A DNA stretch of 64,000 bases, from positions 1,589 through 65,588 of the forward strand of contig JACPSK010000008.1 of the NCBI GenBank assembly GCA_016193335.1. The letters run 5' to 3'. The notes under the pieces were generated by a model. That model saw only the letters and a list, made by a program, of their open reading frames with translations, had not been told where the DNA came from and did no database searches. The stretch is from Candidatus Magasanikiibacteriota bacterium (lineage in GTDB: Bacteria; Patescibacteriota; Patescibacteriia; Magasanikbacterales; UBA922). The position numbers were made by a program, and so were the translations under genes. Below are positions 37,904 to 47,540 of this stretch, in pieces; the first letter of the stretch is position 1; every line of letters begins with the position of its first letter.

Positions 37904-39166
37904 CTAGGTTCTCAAAGCTTTATGCACTTCAAGAAAGGCAAAACATTCTTCAAGGCTCGGAGATTGTCCGGCACTTTCTTTGGAGAGAATCTGAGATAAA
38001 CCGGTACCTTCATTGATGGCCCTTACGAGCAGGGCCTGATATTGTCTGAACAAAAAATTCTGGAACCATGCTCTGCGCGCTTCAAGATAAAGCAAAAAAG
38101 ATTCTCCTTTCAAAGCTTCAAATTTGGCCGAAACCTGCTTTGCCGCGCTTTCAGGGTCCTCGGCAAGGCGCCGAAAATCCATCAAAGAAAAACCGAACAT
38201 TTCTTCAACCGGACCCGTCGCCTTTGATATGGGCTCGACGGGCGGGGTCATATCATGGAGAGATGCGGAAGGAACGCCCACAGCTCGAAGCTGTCCCGAG
38301 GAGAGAGATCGGTGTCCTCGGGACCTGGCACCTTGTTTCAACAAAACAGAGGCCAAGTCATGGGTCAAGGTTTCCACGGGTTCAGGCGGTTTCGGAGCCT
38401 GAGCAAGGGCGATATCTCTGAATATATCTTTCACCGGCGTAGTGGTAGACAAGGCCTGAGAAGTTTGATTAAGCGCAAGAGCTTCTGACTCCACTTTAAG
38501 TTTTGATTTTTTAGAAATATTTGGTTTTAAGGCTTTTAGCTCCTCTTGCCGAAAAAAAGCCAGCGTTTTCTTTTTTTCTTCCATCAGAAGCGTAAGACGC
38601 GCGGATTGTTCTTTGGTGAGCCCCAAGCCCCCGCTCGCGAAAGGCGCCACTGCGTATTCATGAAACTGCGCTTTGTCTCGCACGCCTTTAAGAAAAGAAA
38701 GAACAAGTGAATGCGCTCGGGCCTGAACTTCTGAAGACAAAACCACAGGAAATTCCTGAAATATTCCCCTCAGCGCGTAATCCGGACCGATTTTGTCGCT
38801 TAATTCTTTATCAAGCAGTTCTTCGTGGGACAAAGCCTCATCCAAAAGCGACGCATGGTCTTCGGCTTTCCAAACAGTTTTAGGAGGCGTCCGCTTGGTT
38901 TTAATAAGCAAAGGAGAATTCCGTTTCTCAATCTTTTTTACGCTTGTCTGAGACTGGACCGGCTCTGCGCGAGTCTGCGTAGATGTAGATTTTGCATTCT
39001 GTGTCGGTTCAGCAAGCGTCTTAGAGTCAAAATTCTCCTCTTTGAATTTCAAAGATGTCGGGTTCAAAGTGCTGGCCTGCTTAAGGCTACTCAAAGAAAC
39101 ACGGATTGTGCTTCCATCCGTTTTTTTTACCAATACGCTCGGCCCTGTTACTGCTGGTGTTGGCAT
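37904..39166 (-). CDS. hypothetical protein (T4SS-like operon member)
   Basis: 420 aa with no TM helix and an S/T/K-rich, probably disordered N-terminal third. Translationally coupled to its neighbours (8-nt gap). Confidence 0.4.
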   Translation of the reverse strand: MPTPAVTGPSVLVKKTDGSTIRVSLSSLKQASTLNPTSLKFKEENFDSKTLAEPTQNAKSTSTQTRAEPVQSQTSVKKIEKRNSPLLIKTKRTPPKTVWKAEDHASLLDEALSHEELLDKELSDKIGPDYALRGIFQEFPVVLSSEVQARAHSLVLSFLKGVRDKAQFHEYAVAPFASGGLGLTKEQSARLTLLMEEKKKTLAFFRQEELKALKPNISKKSKLKVESEALALNQTSQALSTTTPVKDIFRDIALAQAPKPPEPVETLTHDLASVLLKQGARSRGHRSLSSGQLRAVGVPSASLHDMTPPVEPISKATGPVEEMFGFSLMDFRRLAEDPESAAKQVSAKFEALKGESFLLYLEARRAWFQNFLFRQYQALLVRAINEGTGLSQILSKESAGQSPSLEECFAFLEVHKALRT

Positions 39167-39170
39167 GATT

Positions 39171-40262
39171 TTATATGTTTACTCCTGTAAAAAAGGATTC
39201 ATCCCATTTGAAGGTCTGACTTTTCTCATCAAAATATATCACCTCATCTATGGACTGAAGCCCCCGCGCTTTGAGAGCGTCCAGGAAAGTGGTCAAAAGT
39301 TCTACATGCCTGGCCTTATTCAAATCAACTTTTTTCATGAGAATAAACAAAAGTTTCGTGATATAGGCCTCTTCTTTTTGTGTAACATCCAACCAATGCA
39401 CCGCCTGTTCATAATCTTCGAGCCATTGTTCTATGCCTTTTTCATCGGCTTCGTATAAATTCTGAAGATAATATTCATCCACGTTCTTCTTCTCTCCCTC
39501 TTGCTTTCGTTCATAGCCCGCCGGCACGCCGTCTTCTATCTCTCTCCAAATAAAACCACCCTGCAACCCGTAATAGAGGGTCATTATTTTTTCGAGCCAG
39601 GCACGCGTGTCTGTGTCTTGTCTCGAGACTTCCATCATGTTATTCATAAACTCAGGAACTTTGCTCTCTATGGAAGCAGTGTAATAATTGTCGAACATAT
39701 CCAGCCATTCGCCTATCTTATACACAGCTTTACCTTCTGTCCCCAACAGCGTATGATTTCTCGCCATGATTCTCGCGAATAGCAAAGAATCATCCCACAT
39801 GCCTCTCACATAGGCCAAACGCCTGAAATAATCTTGGACATGAGTGTAAATGGGAATCTCCCAAATACAAGCCTTGAGTAAAAAGCGCGTGCCGAGGAGA
39901 AAGAGCTGGCGCTTGGCAGAAATATAATCAAAATGCATCCAGGCGAAAAAGGTGTAGAAGCGTTCGTAAAAATCCTGGTCTTCTTCGGAAAAATCCGCGA
40001 ATACCAAACTCCCGTCGCTCCACCCTTCGAGTGAACGCAAAATATCATCCACCACTCCCTCATAATAAAACTGAAACTGATGCAAAGTTTTTATCAAGTG
40101 ATACTTGGTGTCTGTTTGAAGTAAATCAGGTCTTTGCACGTTTTTCCAGCTCATGGAGTAATATTCAGAGCCTCGATCCTGGCAAGCGTCAAGAATAGCC
40201 TGCTGTTCTTCATCAGTTTTGGAAGGGTAGAGATAACGAATTGTTTGGGCTAGAGAAAACAT
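39171..40262 (-). CDS. hypothetical acidic W/Y/F-rich protein (T4SS-like operon member)
   Basis: 363 aa, no TM helix, many aromatic residues, and gaps of only 17 nt and 4 nt to its neighbours. Confidence 0.4.
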   Translation of the reverse strand: MFSLAQTIRYLYPSKTDEEQQAILDACQDRGSEYYSMSWKNVQRPDLLQTDTKYHLIKTLHQFQFYYEGVVDDILRSLEGWSDGSLVFADFSEEDQDFYERFYTFFAWMHFDYISAKRQLFLLGTRFLLKACIWEIPIYTHVQDYFRRLAYVRGMWDDSLLFARIMARNHTLLGTEGKAVYKIGEWLDMFDNYYTASIESKVPEFMNNMMEVSRQDTDTRAWLEKIMTLYYGLQGGFIWREIEDGVPAGYERKQEGEKKNVDEYYLQNLYEADEKGIEQWLEDYEQAVHWLDVTQKEEAYITKLLFILMKKVDLNKARHVELLTTFLDALKARGLQSIDEVIYFDEKSQTFKWDESFFTGVNI

Positions 40263-40278
40263 ATCATTCTGTTATTAG

Positions 40279-43200
40279 CTATCTTTCGTCTTCGAGTCCA
40301 AGAACTTCAGCCGGGGGTTTATAACTGGGCGGAGCAGACAGGCCAGGACCAAATTTACCTCCTCGGACCATGCCAATAAGTTCATCCACCGTTGTAATTT
40401 TCTTTTTCTCAACACTTCCTGTTGTTTCGTCATAAATCGGAATGAGAAGCTCCATGGCGCCTTTTTTAAGGGCTTCGGGCTGAGACATACCAGTGGTTGC
40501 CGCCATAGTGAGCAAAAAGTCGGCCATATTGGAATGCATTTTGGGAACATACAATTCTCGCACAATATTGCGAGCGGTGAGTGCCTCCTGAATCTGGGCT
40601 TGCTGAGCTTTGCTTTTGCCGGCCATAGCCCTCTTGTATTGATTCCCGCTCTTGCGCATCCAAGTAGACTGTGCGCCCTTCGAAGCGCCAACCTTAAAGA
40701 ATCCTGTTTTCTCATCTTTGTATTCATAAAGTTGATCCGAGGCCGCGATGCCGGCAAGACTCTTTATGTATCTGCCCGTGGTGCCGGACCAGGTTCTGAA
40801 ATCTATAATACCATTGCGCATAATGGCATCATCATGTGTGCGCAAACGAGTCGCAACTTGGCCATTGTCTTCGTCCAAGTCCATGGTAGCATGAGGATGA
40901 GCTCCGGCGCGAAGCCTGGTGTCTGTTTTGTTTGCGTCACTCAATACATTGTCGCTTGCCATACCCACGCCAGAAGGAACATACAATTTTTCCCCGCCAC
41001 CGATATCATGCATCAAAGCCCAGCCAGCGTTTTCTCCATGGCCTTTTTTGATAGCATCATTGCGCAAGTTGCCCAAAAACTGCATGGATGACTGATTGGA
41101 TCGAATCACGTCCGTGTATTTGTCCATTACTTCTCTGCGTCTGGCTTCCACTTCCGCGTTTTCTCCTTCCAAAAGCAAATCCAAAAGATCTTGCTGAGCG
41201 CCGGTAAGAACTCTGTCTTGCTCTACCAGAGAATCCATCACCTCTTTTTTCAAATCTGAATTATTCACGACATTACCTTTGGTATCCACGAACTTCCCTG
41301 TTTTCATGCCCGAATACAAACCGGCGACATCCATGCCCAATTTTTTCGTGCCTGCGTCCAATACCTCTGAAACAGCCACATTGTTGCGAGCGAAAGTCAA
41401 ATCTCCTCCTGAGGCAAACATCATTTCAACGTCTCTTATTTTGTCTTTGCTAAATTCCATGTCTTTCCATCCCAAGACATTTCCTATCTGTCCGCGGGCT
41501 TCTGAATTTGACATGACCGAAATGATAACATCATCCACCCAAGATTCGTTGAAACCGCGCTTAAAGAGCCCCATAAGCGCGGCCCTGTCCGCGTCTTGGA
41601 GATCTCCGGACTGCACTTTATCAACAGCTTTTAAAAGCATATCCCCGGCGCTGGCCACAAAATTGCCGTAAGACATCTCGGAAAAACCCTTTTCAAATTC
41701 TTCGATAAGCTCGGTCAAAGTGGTTTTTGGCGTATCCACGCCTCGCTTGTCCCAGATCACCCGCTGTTCCGCGTCACTCAAAACCAAATTGTGCCTATAT
41801 TTGTATACGCGATTGGCTTCCACTGCCTGAGACGCCGCGACTCCATACTGCCAGGCGGTAGCGCCGCCCGCGTCCATATCTGCTGCCACCTTATCGAGCT
41901 TTGCGGCCTCTTTTAATCTCCCTTGTTCCGTAAGATTTTGGGCGATGCCTCTTACTGTTCCAGAATCTCCTTTGCGAATCGCGTCAGCCTGAACACGCAA
42001 ATCTTTCTTAAGACTATCGAGCTCGGTCCTGTCACCGGTTTTGTTTTCCAATAAATTCGCTATTTCAGTCTGCCCCTTTGTAATGGCGTCCGCAAGAGTG
42101 TCTATATCCCCTTTATTTTGAGCTATGACAGCTTCCAAAGCCTTTCTTTGATCCTTAGACTCTTCATCTTCGCCCGTGATCTGCTCCAAATCTTTTTGAT
42201 GCTGTCTGTTCTGTCGTTCCAAACGCTCTTTTTCCGACTTATTTGTATCTTGTTCTGTGGCCTTAGTCATCAAAGAGTCAGAAGTAATTTTAATTCCTTT
42301 AGTGAGTTCTTCGATTCTCTTTCTGGTTGTTTCGTCTGTATAGGCTCCGGATTCCACCCTGCCTGCCGTGGCATCCGCCTCGGTGGCGGCTGCCAATTTT
42401 TCAGAAATTCTCGTTTGAAGCAAAGTCTCTTCTTGCTTGCTGAGTCTATCAGAACTCAATTTGGCAAGAGACTGCTCTTCGAGAAATTCATCATAGGTCA
42501 TCTTACTCGGCGCTGTCCAAGATTTGGCTTTTATAGTGTCTGCCTGCGCTTGTTTTACCGCAAGATTTTCCATCAGCCTGCTTTCATACAAGCTTCTGCC
42601 GTCTCCTGCGTCAAGATCGGTCTGCCCTAATTCGCCGGATATAATCTCTGCTTCAGCTATCTCTCTCCCCAGAACCGCCCTTCTCTCTGGGGTCATCTCT
42701 GATGGATCCAAGGTACGTCTTTTTTGAGCAATCTGCGCGCCCACTTTATCGCGAGCTTCTTGGCCGGCCGCTTGATTGTAAGCCGCTTGAAGCGGCGCCA
42801 ATTGTTCATCTGTTTGATCCATTTGCTTTCTGGCGGCCTCTAATTTACTCTGATTGTCGACTATATCCTCGCCCGCGTCAATCCCTGCTTGAGCCTCTAC
42901 AGCTGTTGCGTTGAAATTTGACTTTTTGAACTCCAAAGCGTCTATCTCTGCTTGCAATTGTTTCGCAGTCATTTCTTTTCCATCCTTGCCTTTGGCTGTG
43001 GTCAAAACATCTCCGGAAAGCATTGCCTGTTTTTGAGCTTCAAGTTCTGAAACTTCACCTTCAATCTTTTCACGTTCAACAGGGTCGGTGACACCGTCCC
43101 GCTCCTGGCGCAGAGTTTTGAGTTTGCTCTCTATGCTCTTGGCCAAATCACCGCTTCTCAAATCTCTGAGCTGTTCATTTATTTTATCCATGTCTTTTTG

Positions 43201-45498
43201 CACCGGCTCCAGCTGTTTTTGCACAGACTGAAAATTGCCGCTCACGCGGAGCCTGGCATCAGCCTGCATTCTCTTTTCTTTGTTCGATTCTTTCTCTCCG
43301 GTAAGGGTATGATCTTGAATACGCTCCATCATGGTGCCGGCCGCGCTTTCATAAGACATTTTGCCAGTCTTCACATTGTACTTGAGCCTGGGCTTGCTCA
43401 AGACTTCGTTTTTGCCCCTGCCCTCGTAGTCTTTGTCTTTGGCTTCTGAACGCATTTTTTCCGCCGCGAGCCAGCCGCGCTCTATACGGTCTTGAGCTTC
43501 ACGGCCCGCATATATATCGCCGAAGAAACCAACCCCTTTGCCGTCTTTTGTTTTGTTACCCATCATTTTTCCAATCCAGCGGGTTCCAAAAAGACCTCTC
43601 GTGCCCATGCCAACTTGCATAACCGAATTCCATGGTTTTGCGATAAGATTTTTGATACCCTGAGTGCCGGGAATGCCCAAAATATTAGTGCCTTCTTTCA
43701 TGGCCATAAACTGACCACCGGCTTCTGAACCCACACGTTTCCATAAAATTTCTTTTCTCACTTCGGCCTGCTTCTTGGATTTCTCAGTTTGCTTTTCAAG
43801 TTCAATGCCCGAACGAGAGAAGCGTCCCAAAAGACCGCCGGAAAATGAACTCTTAGCCACTTTTTCTTGTTGTTTGATTTCCTGATCCAAGGCCGCCAAA
43901 TCCTCTTGATTTATGCCAATGGTGGCGTCTTGCAATATCTGCCGCTGTTCAGCGATTTCTTTATCCAAGCTTTGTGTCTGTTCCGGGGAAATATCTGAAC
44001 CAAGCTTTTGCTTGACGCCTTCCAGACGGTCTATCTCTCTCATCGCATTTTGCTGAATCGCTCCTTTTTCGTCTCCCTTTGCCTCGCCTGCTTCTTTTCG
44101 TTTGTACAATTTGTCCAAAGATTCTCTAGCCGCTTCTCCTTTTGGAGACATTCTCATGCCCAGCTCGCGGTAGGAGCCCACTATGGAATGCCCTATATTC
44201 TTAAAACGATTCGCGAATTTCTCTCCGCCAAGTACTGGCATTTTCCAGAGAGCAGCTTTGCCGCCCTTCTTGGCCACGGACCAAGCTCCTTTTGCCGCTC
44301 CGCCCACCATCCATCTGCCGAGCGCGTAGCCACTCGCGATAGTGCCAATTTTTTTGCCAAAATCCACTGCTTTGTTCACCAAATTCGCTCCGGCCGCTCC
44401 GGATTCACTGACTTCTTTTATGCCAATATACAGAAAGACAATGGCTATAAAAAAATTGGCCATGTTTTCCCAGGTGGAAACCTTGGAAAGAGAAAGAGAA
44501 AATTCTTCGTCTGTGTTCACTTGTTGAAGTGGAATAACGGTATCTCCTGTAAAATCTCTTTGTATTATTTCTCCGTGGCCGAGAGTTGCGAAAGCAAGCC
44601 AAAGAAAAAATACCATCAAAGGCGCCACCATGACCTCTTGGCTGAATTCCTTCCACCAACGCTGGGCATAATGCTGGGTATTGGGCAAAACTTGGGTTAC
44701 ATACGCAATGGGCGAAAGTATAATGAGCGTCCAAAGCAAAACAACCCGAAGGAGCATAATCACCACATAGGCCGCCAACGTTACCATGGCTATGAGAGCA
44801 AAGACAAAAGCGATAAAAGCGCCGCCCAATAATTCTATCTGCAGATTATCCGCGTTCGAAGCGTCTTGCCCGCCCACGAATCTCATCATCTCATCAAGCT
44901 TGAACATGTTTATGATGTTGCCTCCTGCAGTGGCGGAAATGGCGTTGAGGAAGGTAATGGTAAAAACATGAGCAGCGTCTATAAAAAGCTGAGCGATAAC
45001 ATTGCTGAAATTTATAAAAACAGCGGCGAGAATGAGCTTTACCAGGCTCTTTTTCCATTCGTATTGTTCTATGCCAAGAATGGTGGCAAAGGCTATAACA
45101 AGCAAAATCACCACGAAAAACATGTTCGCCACGTCTCGGACCATCACCCAGCCCAATTTTACCACCGAGGCATTGATAAAATCATTGTAACTGGCCAAGG
45201 TGATAAAAAATCTGAGCAAAAACACGGTCATGCCAATGGCAAGCCTTGAAAGGGTCAAAAGAAGCCAGGTCATTCCCGCGATCAGCCCGTCCGCGATACT
45301 GTCTAAAATCGCGAAAGAAGGAAGCGCGAAAAAAACGCCTGCAACCAAAATAAAAATACCAAAAAAAAGCAAGAATTTTTTCTCCTGCAAGCGTTTCGGC
45401 AGTATATGGCCGCTCAGCTGTTTGATACGAGATACTATACTATGCAAAAAGGTTCGCATGCTTTTCGCGATAGAAAGATTATGCTTAGAGTATAGCAT
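40279..45498 (-). CDS. giant (1739 aa) polytopic membrane protein with a long coiled-coil and C-terminal globular region; VirB6/TrbL-like candidate
   Basis: At least six to eight hydrophobic helices in the first 400 aa. A roughly 600-aa E/K/Q/A-rich coiled-coil segment follows, then a roughly 600-aa C-terminal region of unknown fold. First gene of the operon. Confidence 0.5.
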   Translation of the reverse strand: MLYSKHNLSIAKSMRTFLHSIVSRIKQLSGHILPKRLQEKKFLLFFGIFILVAGVFFALPSFAILDSIADGLIAGMTWLLLTLSRLAIGMTVFLLRFFITLASYNDFINASVVKLGWVMVRDVANMFFVVILLVIAFATILGIEQYEWKKSLVKLILAAVFINFSNVIAQLFIDAAHVFTITFLNAISATAGGNIINMFKLDEMMRFVGGQDASNADNLQIELLGGAFIAFVFALIAMVTLAAYVVIMLLRVVLLWTLIILSPIAYVTQVLPNTQHYAQRWWKEFSQEVMVAPLMVFFLWLAFATLGHGEIIQRDFTGDTVIPLQQVNTDEEFSLSLSKVSTWENMANFFIAIVFLYIGIKEVSESGAAGANLVNKAVDFGKKIGTIASGYALGRWMVGGAAKGAWSVAKKGGKAALWKMPVLGGEKFANRFKNIGHSIVGSYRELGMRMSPKGEAARESLDKLYKRKEAGEAKGDEKGAIQQNAMREIDRLEGVKQKLGSDISPEQTQSLDKEIAEQRQILQDATIGINQEDLAALDQEIKQQEKVAKSSFSGGLLGRFSRSGIELEKQTEKSKKQAEVRKEILWKRVGSEAGGQFMAMKEGTNILGIPGTQGIKNLIAKPWNSVMQVGMGTRGLFGTRWIGKMMGNKTKDGKGVGFFGDIYAGREAQDRIERGWLAAEKMRSEAKDKDYEGRGKNEVLSKPRLKYNVKTGKMSYESAAGTMMERIQDHTLTGEKESNKEKRMQADARLRVSGNFQSVQKQLEPVQKDMDKINEQLRDLRSGDLAKSIESKLKTLRQERDGVTDPVEREKIEGEVSELEAQKQAMLSGDVLTTAKGKDGKEMTAKQLQAEIDALEFKKSNFNATAVEAQAGIDAGEDIVDNQSKLEAARKQMDQTDEQLAPLQAAYNQAAGQEARDKVGAQIAQKRRTLDPSEMTPERRAVLGREIAEAEIISGELGQTDLDAGDGRSLYESRLMENLAVKQAQADTIKAKSWTAPSKMTYDEFLEEQSLAKLSSDRLSKQEETLLQTRISEKLAAATEADATAGRVESGAYTDETTRKRIEELTKGIKITSDSLMTKATEQDTNKSEKERLERQNRQHQKDLEQITGEDEESKDQRKALEAVIAQNKGDIDTLADAITKGQTEIANLLENKTGDRTELDSLKKDLRVQADAIRKGDSGTVRGIAQNLTEQGRLKEAAKLDKVAADMDAGGATAWQYGVAASQAVEANRVYKYRHNLVLSDAEQRVIWDKRGVDTPKTTLTELIEEFEKGFSEMSYGNFVASAGDMLLKAVDKVQSGDLQDADRAALMGLFKRGFNESWVDDVIISVMSNSEARGQIGNVLGWKDMEFSKDKIRDVEMMFASGGDLTFARNNVAVSEVLDAGTKKLGMDVAGLYSGMKTGKFVDTKGNVVNNSDLKKEVMDSLVEQDRVLTGAQQDLLDLLLEGENAEVEARRREVMDKYTDVIRSNQSSMQFLGNLRNDAIKKGHGENAGWALMHDIGGGEKLYVPSGVGMASDNVLSDANKTDTRLRAGAHPHATMDLDEDNGQVATRLRTHDDAIMRNGIIDFRTWSGTTGRYIKSLAGIAASDQLYEYKDEKTGFFKVGASKGAQSTWMRKSGNQYKRAMAGKSKAQQAQIQEALTARNIVRELYVPKMHSNMADFLLTMAATTGMSQPEALKKGAMELLIPIYDETTGSVEKKKITTVDELIGMVRGGKFGPGLSAPPSYKPPAEVLGLEDER

Positions 45499-45508
45499 AT
45501 TCCAAAAC

Positions 45509-45545
45509 TAAAGTATACCACGAAGCACACAAGACAACACAAAAA
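45509..45545 (-). promoter_or_regulatory. candidate extended -10 promoter (TGGTATACT) for the T4SS-like operon, nearly leaderless
   Basis: Minus-strand TGGTATACT (plus 45512-45520) lies about 12 nt upstream of the ATG at 45498, directly after the asnS terminator. Confidence 0.3.
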
Positions 45546-45563
45546 AACCCGGCTTGGCCGGGT
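45541..45563 (-). terminator. intrinsic terminator of asnS
   Basis: Minus-strand AACCCGGCCAAGCCGGGTTTTTTT; the stem abuts the stop codon. Confidence 0.7.
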
Positions 45564-46855
45564 TAGGGTGTAATTCTGTTGAGCATTCTTGGAAAAGGAA
45601 TAGTCTCGCGTATGTGATGGATTCCTCCAACCCAGCGAGTCATGCGTTCTATGCCAATACCGAATCCGCAGTGAGGCACTGATCCGTAACGCCTCAAATC
45701 CAAATACCATTCAAAAACCGAAACATCAAGACCGGCCTTGTTTATGTTGTCCAAAAGAGTTTTATAATCGTCCTCGCGCTGAGACCCGCCCACTATTTCG
45801 CCAAAACCGCGGGACGCGAGAATGTCGGCATTCAAAACCATGTCTTTTTTCTCAGGATGAGCTTTCATGTAAAAAGGTTTTATTGCTTTGGGCCAGTTTT
45901 TTACGACCACCGGCGCGTCGGAATCCTCGGTAAGCAGCACTTCGTCCTCTGCTCCCAAATCTTCTCCGAATTGTATGGAAGAACCCCTTTTTTGCAGCTT
46001 GGCTATGGCTTCTTCATATTCATAATGCACAAAAGAAAGATTAAGAATCGCCTGAAGCTCTGCAGTGTTTCGTTCCAAAATAGCAAGCTCGGGGCCCCCG
46101 TGTTTGAGCGCGTACGCGATCATGTGTTTGATGCTCTCTTCTTGAATACGAAGGCTTTCTTCATGTTCGATGAATGCCATTTCCGGATTCAAAGACCAAA
46201 ATTCAGTGAGATGCTTGCGGGTCTTGGATTTTTCAGCGCGAAAATTGGGGCAGAGATCATAGACTCTCCCAAAAGCCATTGCCATGGCTTCGAGATACAG
46301 CTGGCCGTTTTGCGTAAGATACGCGGGACGGCCAAAATAATCCACTTCAAACAAATCCGTGGTGCCTTCGCAGGCGTTCGGGGTAAAGGTGGGCGTATCG
46401 AGCTCTATGTATCCCTTGCTATTGAAGTAATCTTGAAAACCGGTTTTTACAATATGTCGTAAACGCAGAGCGGCCCATTGTTTCTGAGACCTAAGCCAGA
46501 GATGTCGGTTGTCCATGAGAAATTCCGGCCCGTGTTCTTTTTTGGTAATGGGATATTCTTCGGCTTTGTGAACCAAAATCACCTGAGTAACCTGCAATTC
46601 ATATTCTGATTCTTTTTTTGGATGCTTTGAAACTCTGCCTGTAACGACAAGAGAAGATTCTTGAGTGGCTTCTTGAACATTTCCCCAAGTCTTTTCATCC
46701 ACCTGCTGTTTGGGAACCACGGCCTGCGCGAATCCCGACCCGTCGCGAAGCTCGAGAAAAGCAATGGATCCCGAAGATCTTTTGTTGTAGAGCCAGCCTT
46801 TAATTTCTACTTCTTTGCCGACTTGTCCGGCCATGTCTCTTATGTATGTACTCAT
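45563..46855 (-). CDS. asnS: asparagine--tRNA ligase (class IIb AsnRS/AspRS-like)
   Basis: N-terminal OB fold MSTYIRDMAGQVGKEVEIKGWLYNKRSSGSIAFLELRDG and class II core motifs (FRAEKSKTRKHLTEFW, GFGIGIERM). ATG at 46855 is preferred; the track start at 46939 adds 28 non-conserved residues. Confidence 0.8.
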   Translation of the reverse strand: MSTYIRDMAGQVGKEVEIKGWLYNKRSSGSIAFLELRDGSGFAQAVVPKQQVDEKTWGNVQEATQESSLVVTGRVSKHPKKESEYELQVTQVILVHKAEEYPITKKEHGPEFLMDNRHLWLRSQKQWAALRLRHIVKTGFQDYFNSKGYIELDTPTFTPNACEGTTDLFEVDYFGRPAYLTQNGQLYLEAMAMAFGRVYDLCPNFRAEKSKTRKHLTEFWSLNPEMAFIEHEESLRIQEESIKHMIAYALKHGGPELAILERNTAELQAILNLSFVHYEYEEAIAKLQKRGSSIQFGEDLGAEDEVLLTEDSDAPVVVKNWPKAIKPFYMKAHPEKKDMVLNADILASRGFGEIVGGSQREDDYKTLLDNINKAGLDVSVFEWYLDLRRYGSVPHCGFGIGIERMTRWVGGIHHIRETIPFPRMLNRITP

Positions 46856-47081
46856 AGGTAAATCGCAATAAGGTTCAGAAACACAAAAAAAATTAATGCG
46901 GAAACTGCCCTCGGGAATCAAGAGCAATTCATTTTCCATCTGAACTTATGAAAGGCCCACGGCCTGTAGATAGTTTTCTGCGAAGACCAATAGATTGAAC
47001 CGCTTACGTTCATGAGAATATCACCATTAGACAGTTTTTGCAACACAACTTAAGCCCTCCTTCAGACAAACAACGGGCTGA

Positions 47082-47110
47082 TTGACAAGACGTCTTTTTT
47101 GTGCTATACT
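47082..47110 (+). promoter_or_regulatory. sigma70-like promoter TTGACA-17-TATACT
   Basis: TTGACA at 47082-47087, a 17-nt spacer, TATACT at 47105-47110. Confidence 0.5.
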
Positions 47111-47205
47111 TGACTGTTTTAAGATGGGAAATATGTGGATATATACATTATATAATATCTGGTATATCCATGGATTTTCCGTCTTGAAACACAAGGGAGG
47201 AAAAA

Positions 47206-47397
47206 ATGGGGTTCGTGATTTTCTTGATCTTAATTCTGGGTGTGGTGATCGTTTGGAAATTGGCCGGCCTGGCCGTGGAATTCTTGTTCCACCCGGTGGA
47301 GACCGGAAGGAGAGTCCTCGCCACTCTAGTCGGCTGGGCCCTCCGGGCCATAGTCATCATCATCGCCCTGTCCATCCTCGGACACCTGGTCAAGTAG
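47206..47397 (+). CDS. small (63 aa) two-helix hydrophobic membrane peptide, GC-rich
   Basis: AAGGGAGG lies 5 nt upstream of the ATG. Two predicted TM helices. A dedicated promoter sits upstream and a terminator downstream. Confidence 0.45.
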   Translation: MGFVIFLILILGVVIVWKLAGLAVEFLFHPVETGRRVLATLVGWALRAIVIIIALSILGHLVK

Positions 47398-47452
47398 CAC
47401 GAGACCCCATCCACCCACTTTTACGACAATAGACATTGCCGAAAAAGCAGGA

Positions 47453-47486
47453 ATCTCGTCCGGCATTGTCCGGACGAGATTTTTTG
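47453..47486 (+). terminator. intrinsic terminator
   Basis: ATCTCGTCCGG-CATTGT-CCGGACGAGAT stem followed by TTTTT. Confidence 0.6.
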
Positions 47487-47540
47487 TTAGTTTAATTTTA
47501 CACATTGCGCCAATAAGCGAGCTGCTCCCCCGCGAGCTTA

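Noticed and set aside
33408-45545. Considered whether the T4SS-like block is an integrative conjugative element, given the adjacent tRNA genes with a duplicated 3' end.
   Set aside because: The direct repeats enclose only 153 bp on the far side of the tRNA. No integrase, relaxase or coupling protein lies in or near the block. Composition matches the chromosome.
47082-47432. A 116-aa ORF overlapping the small membrane-peptide cassette in another frame.
   Set aside because: It is R/P/G/H-rich and low-complexity, lacks an RBS, and starts inside the promoter. The 63-aa hydrophobic ORF with AAGGGAGG is the better model.
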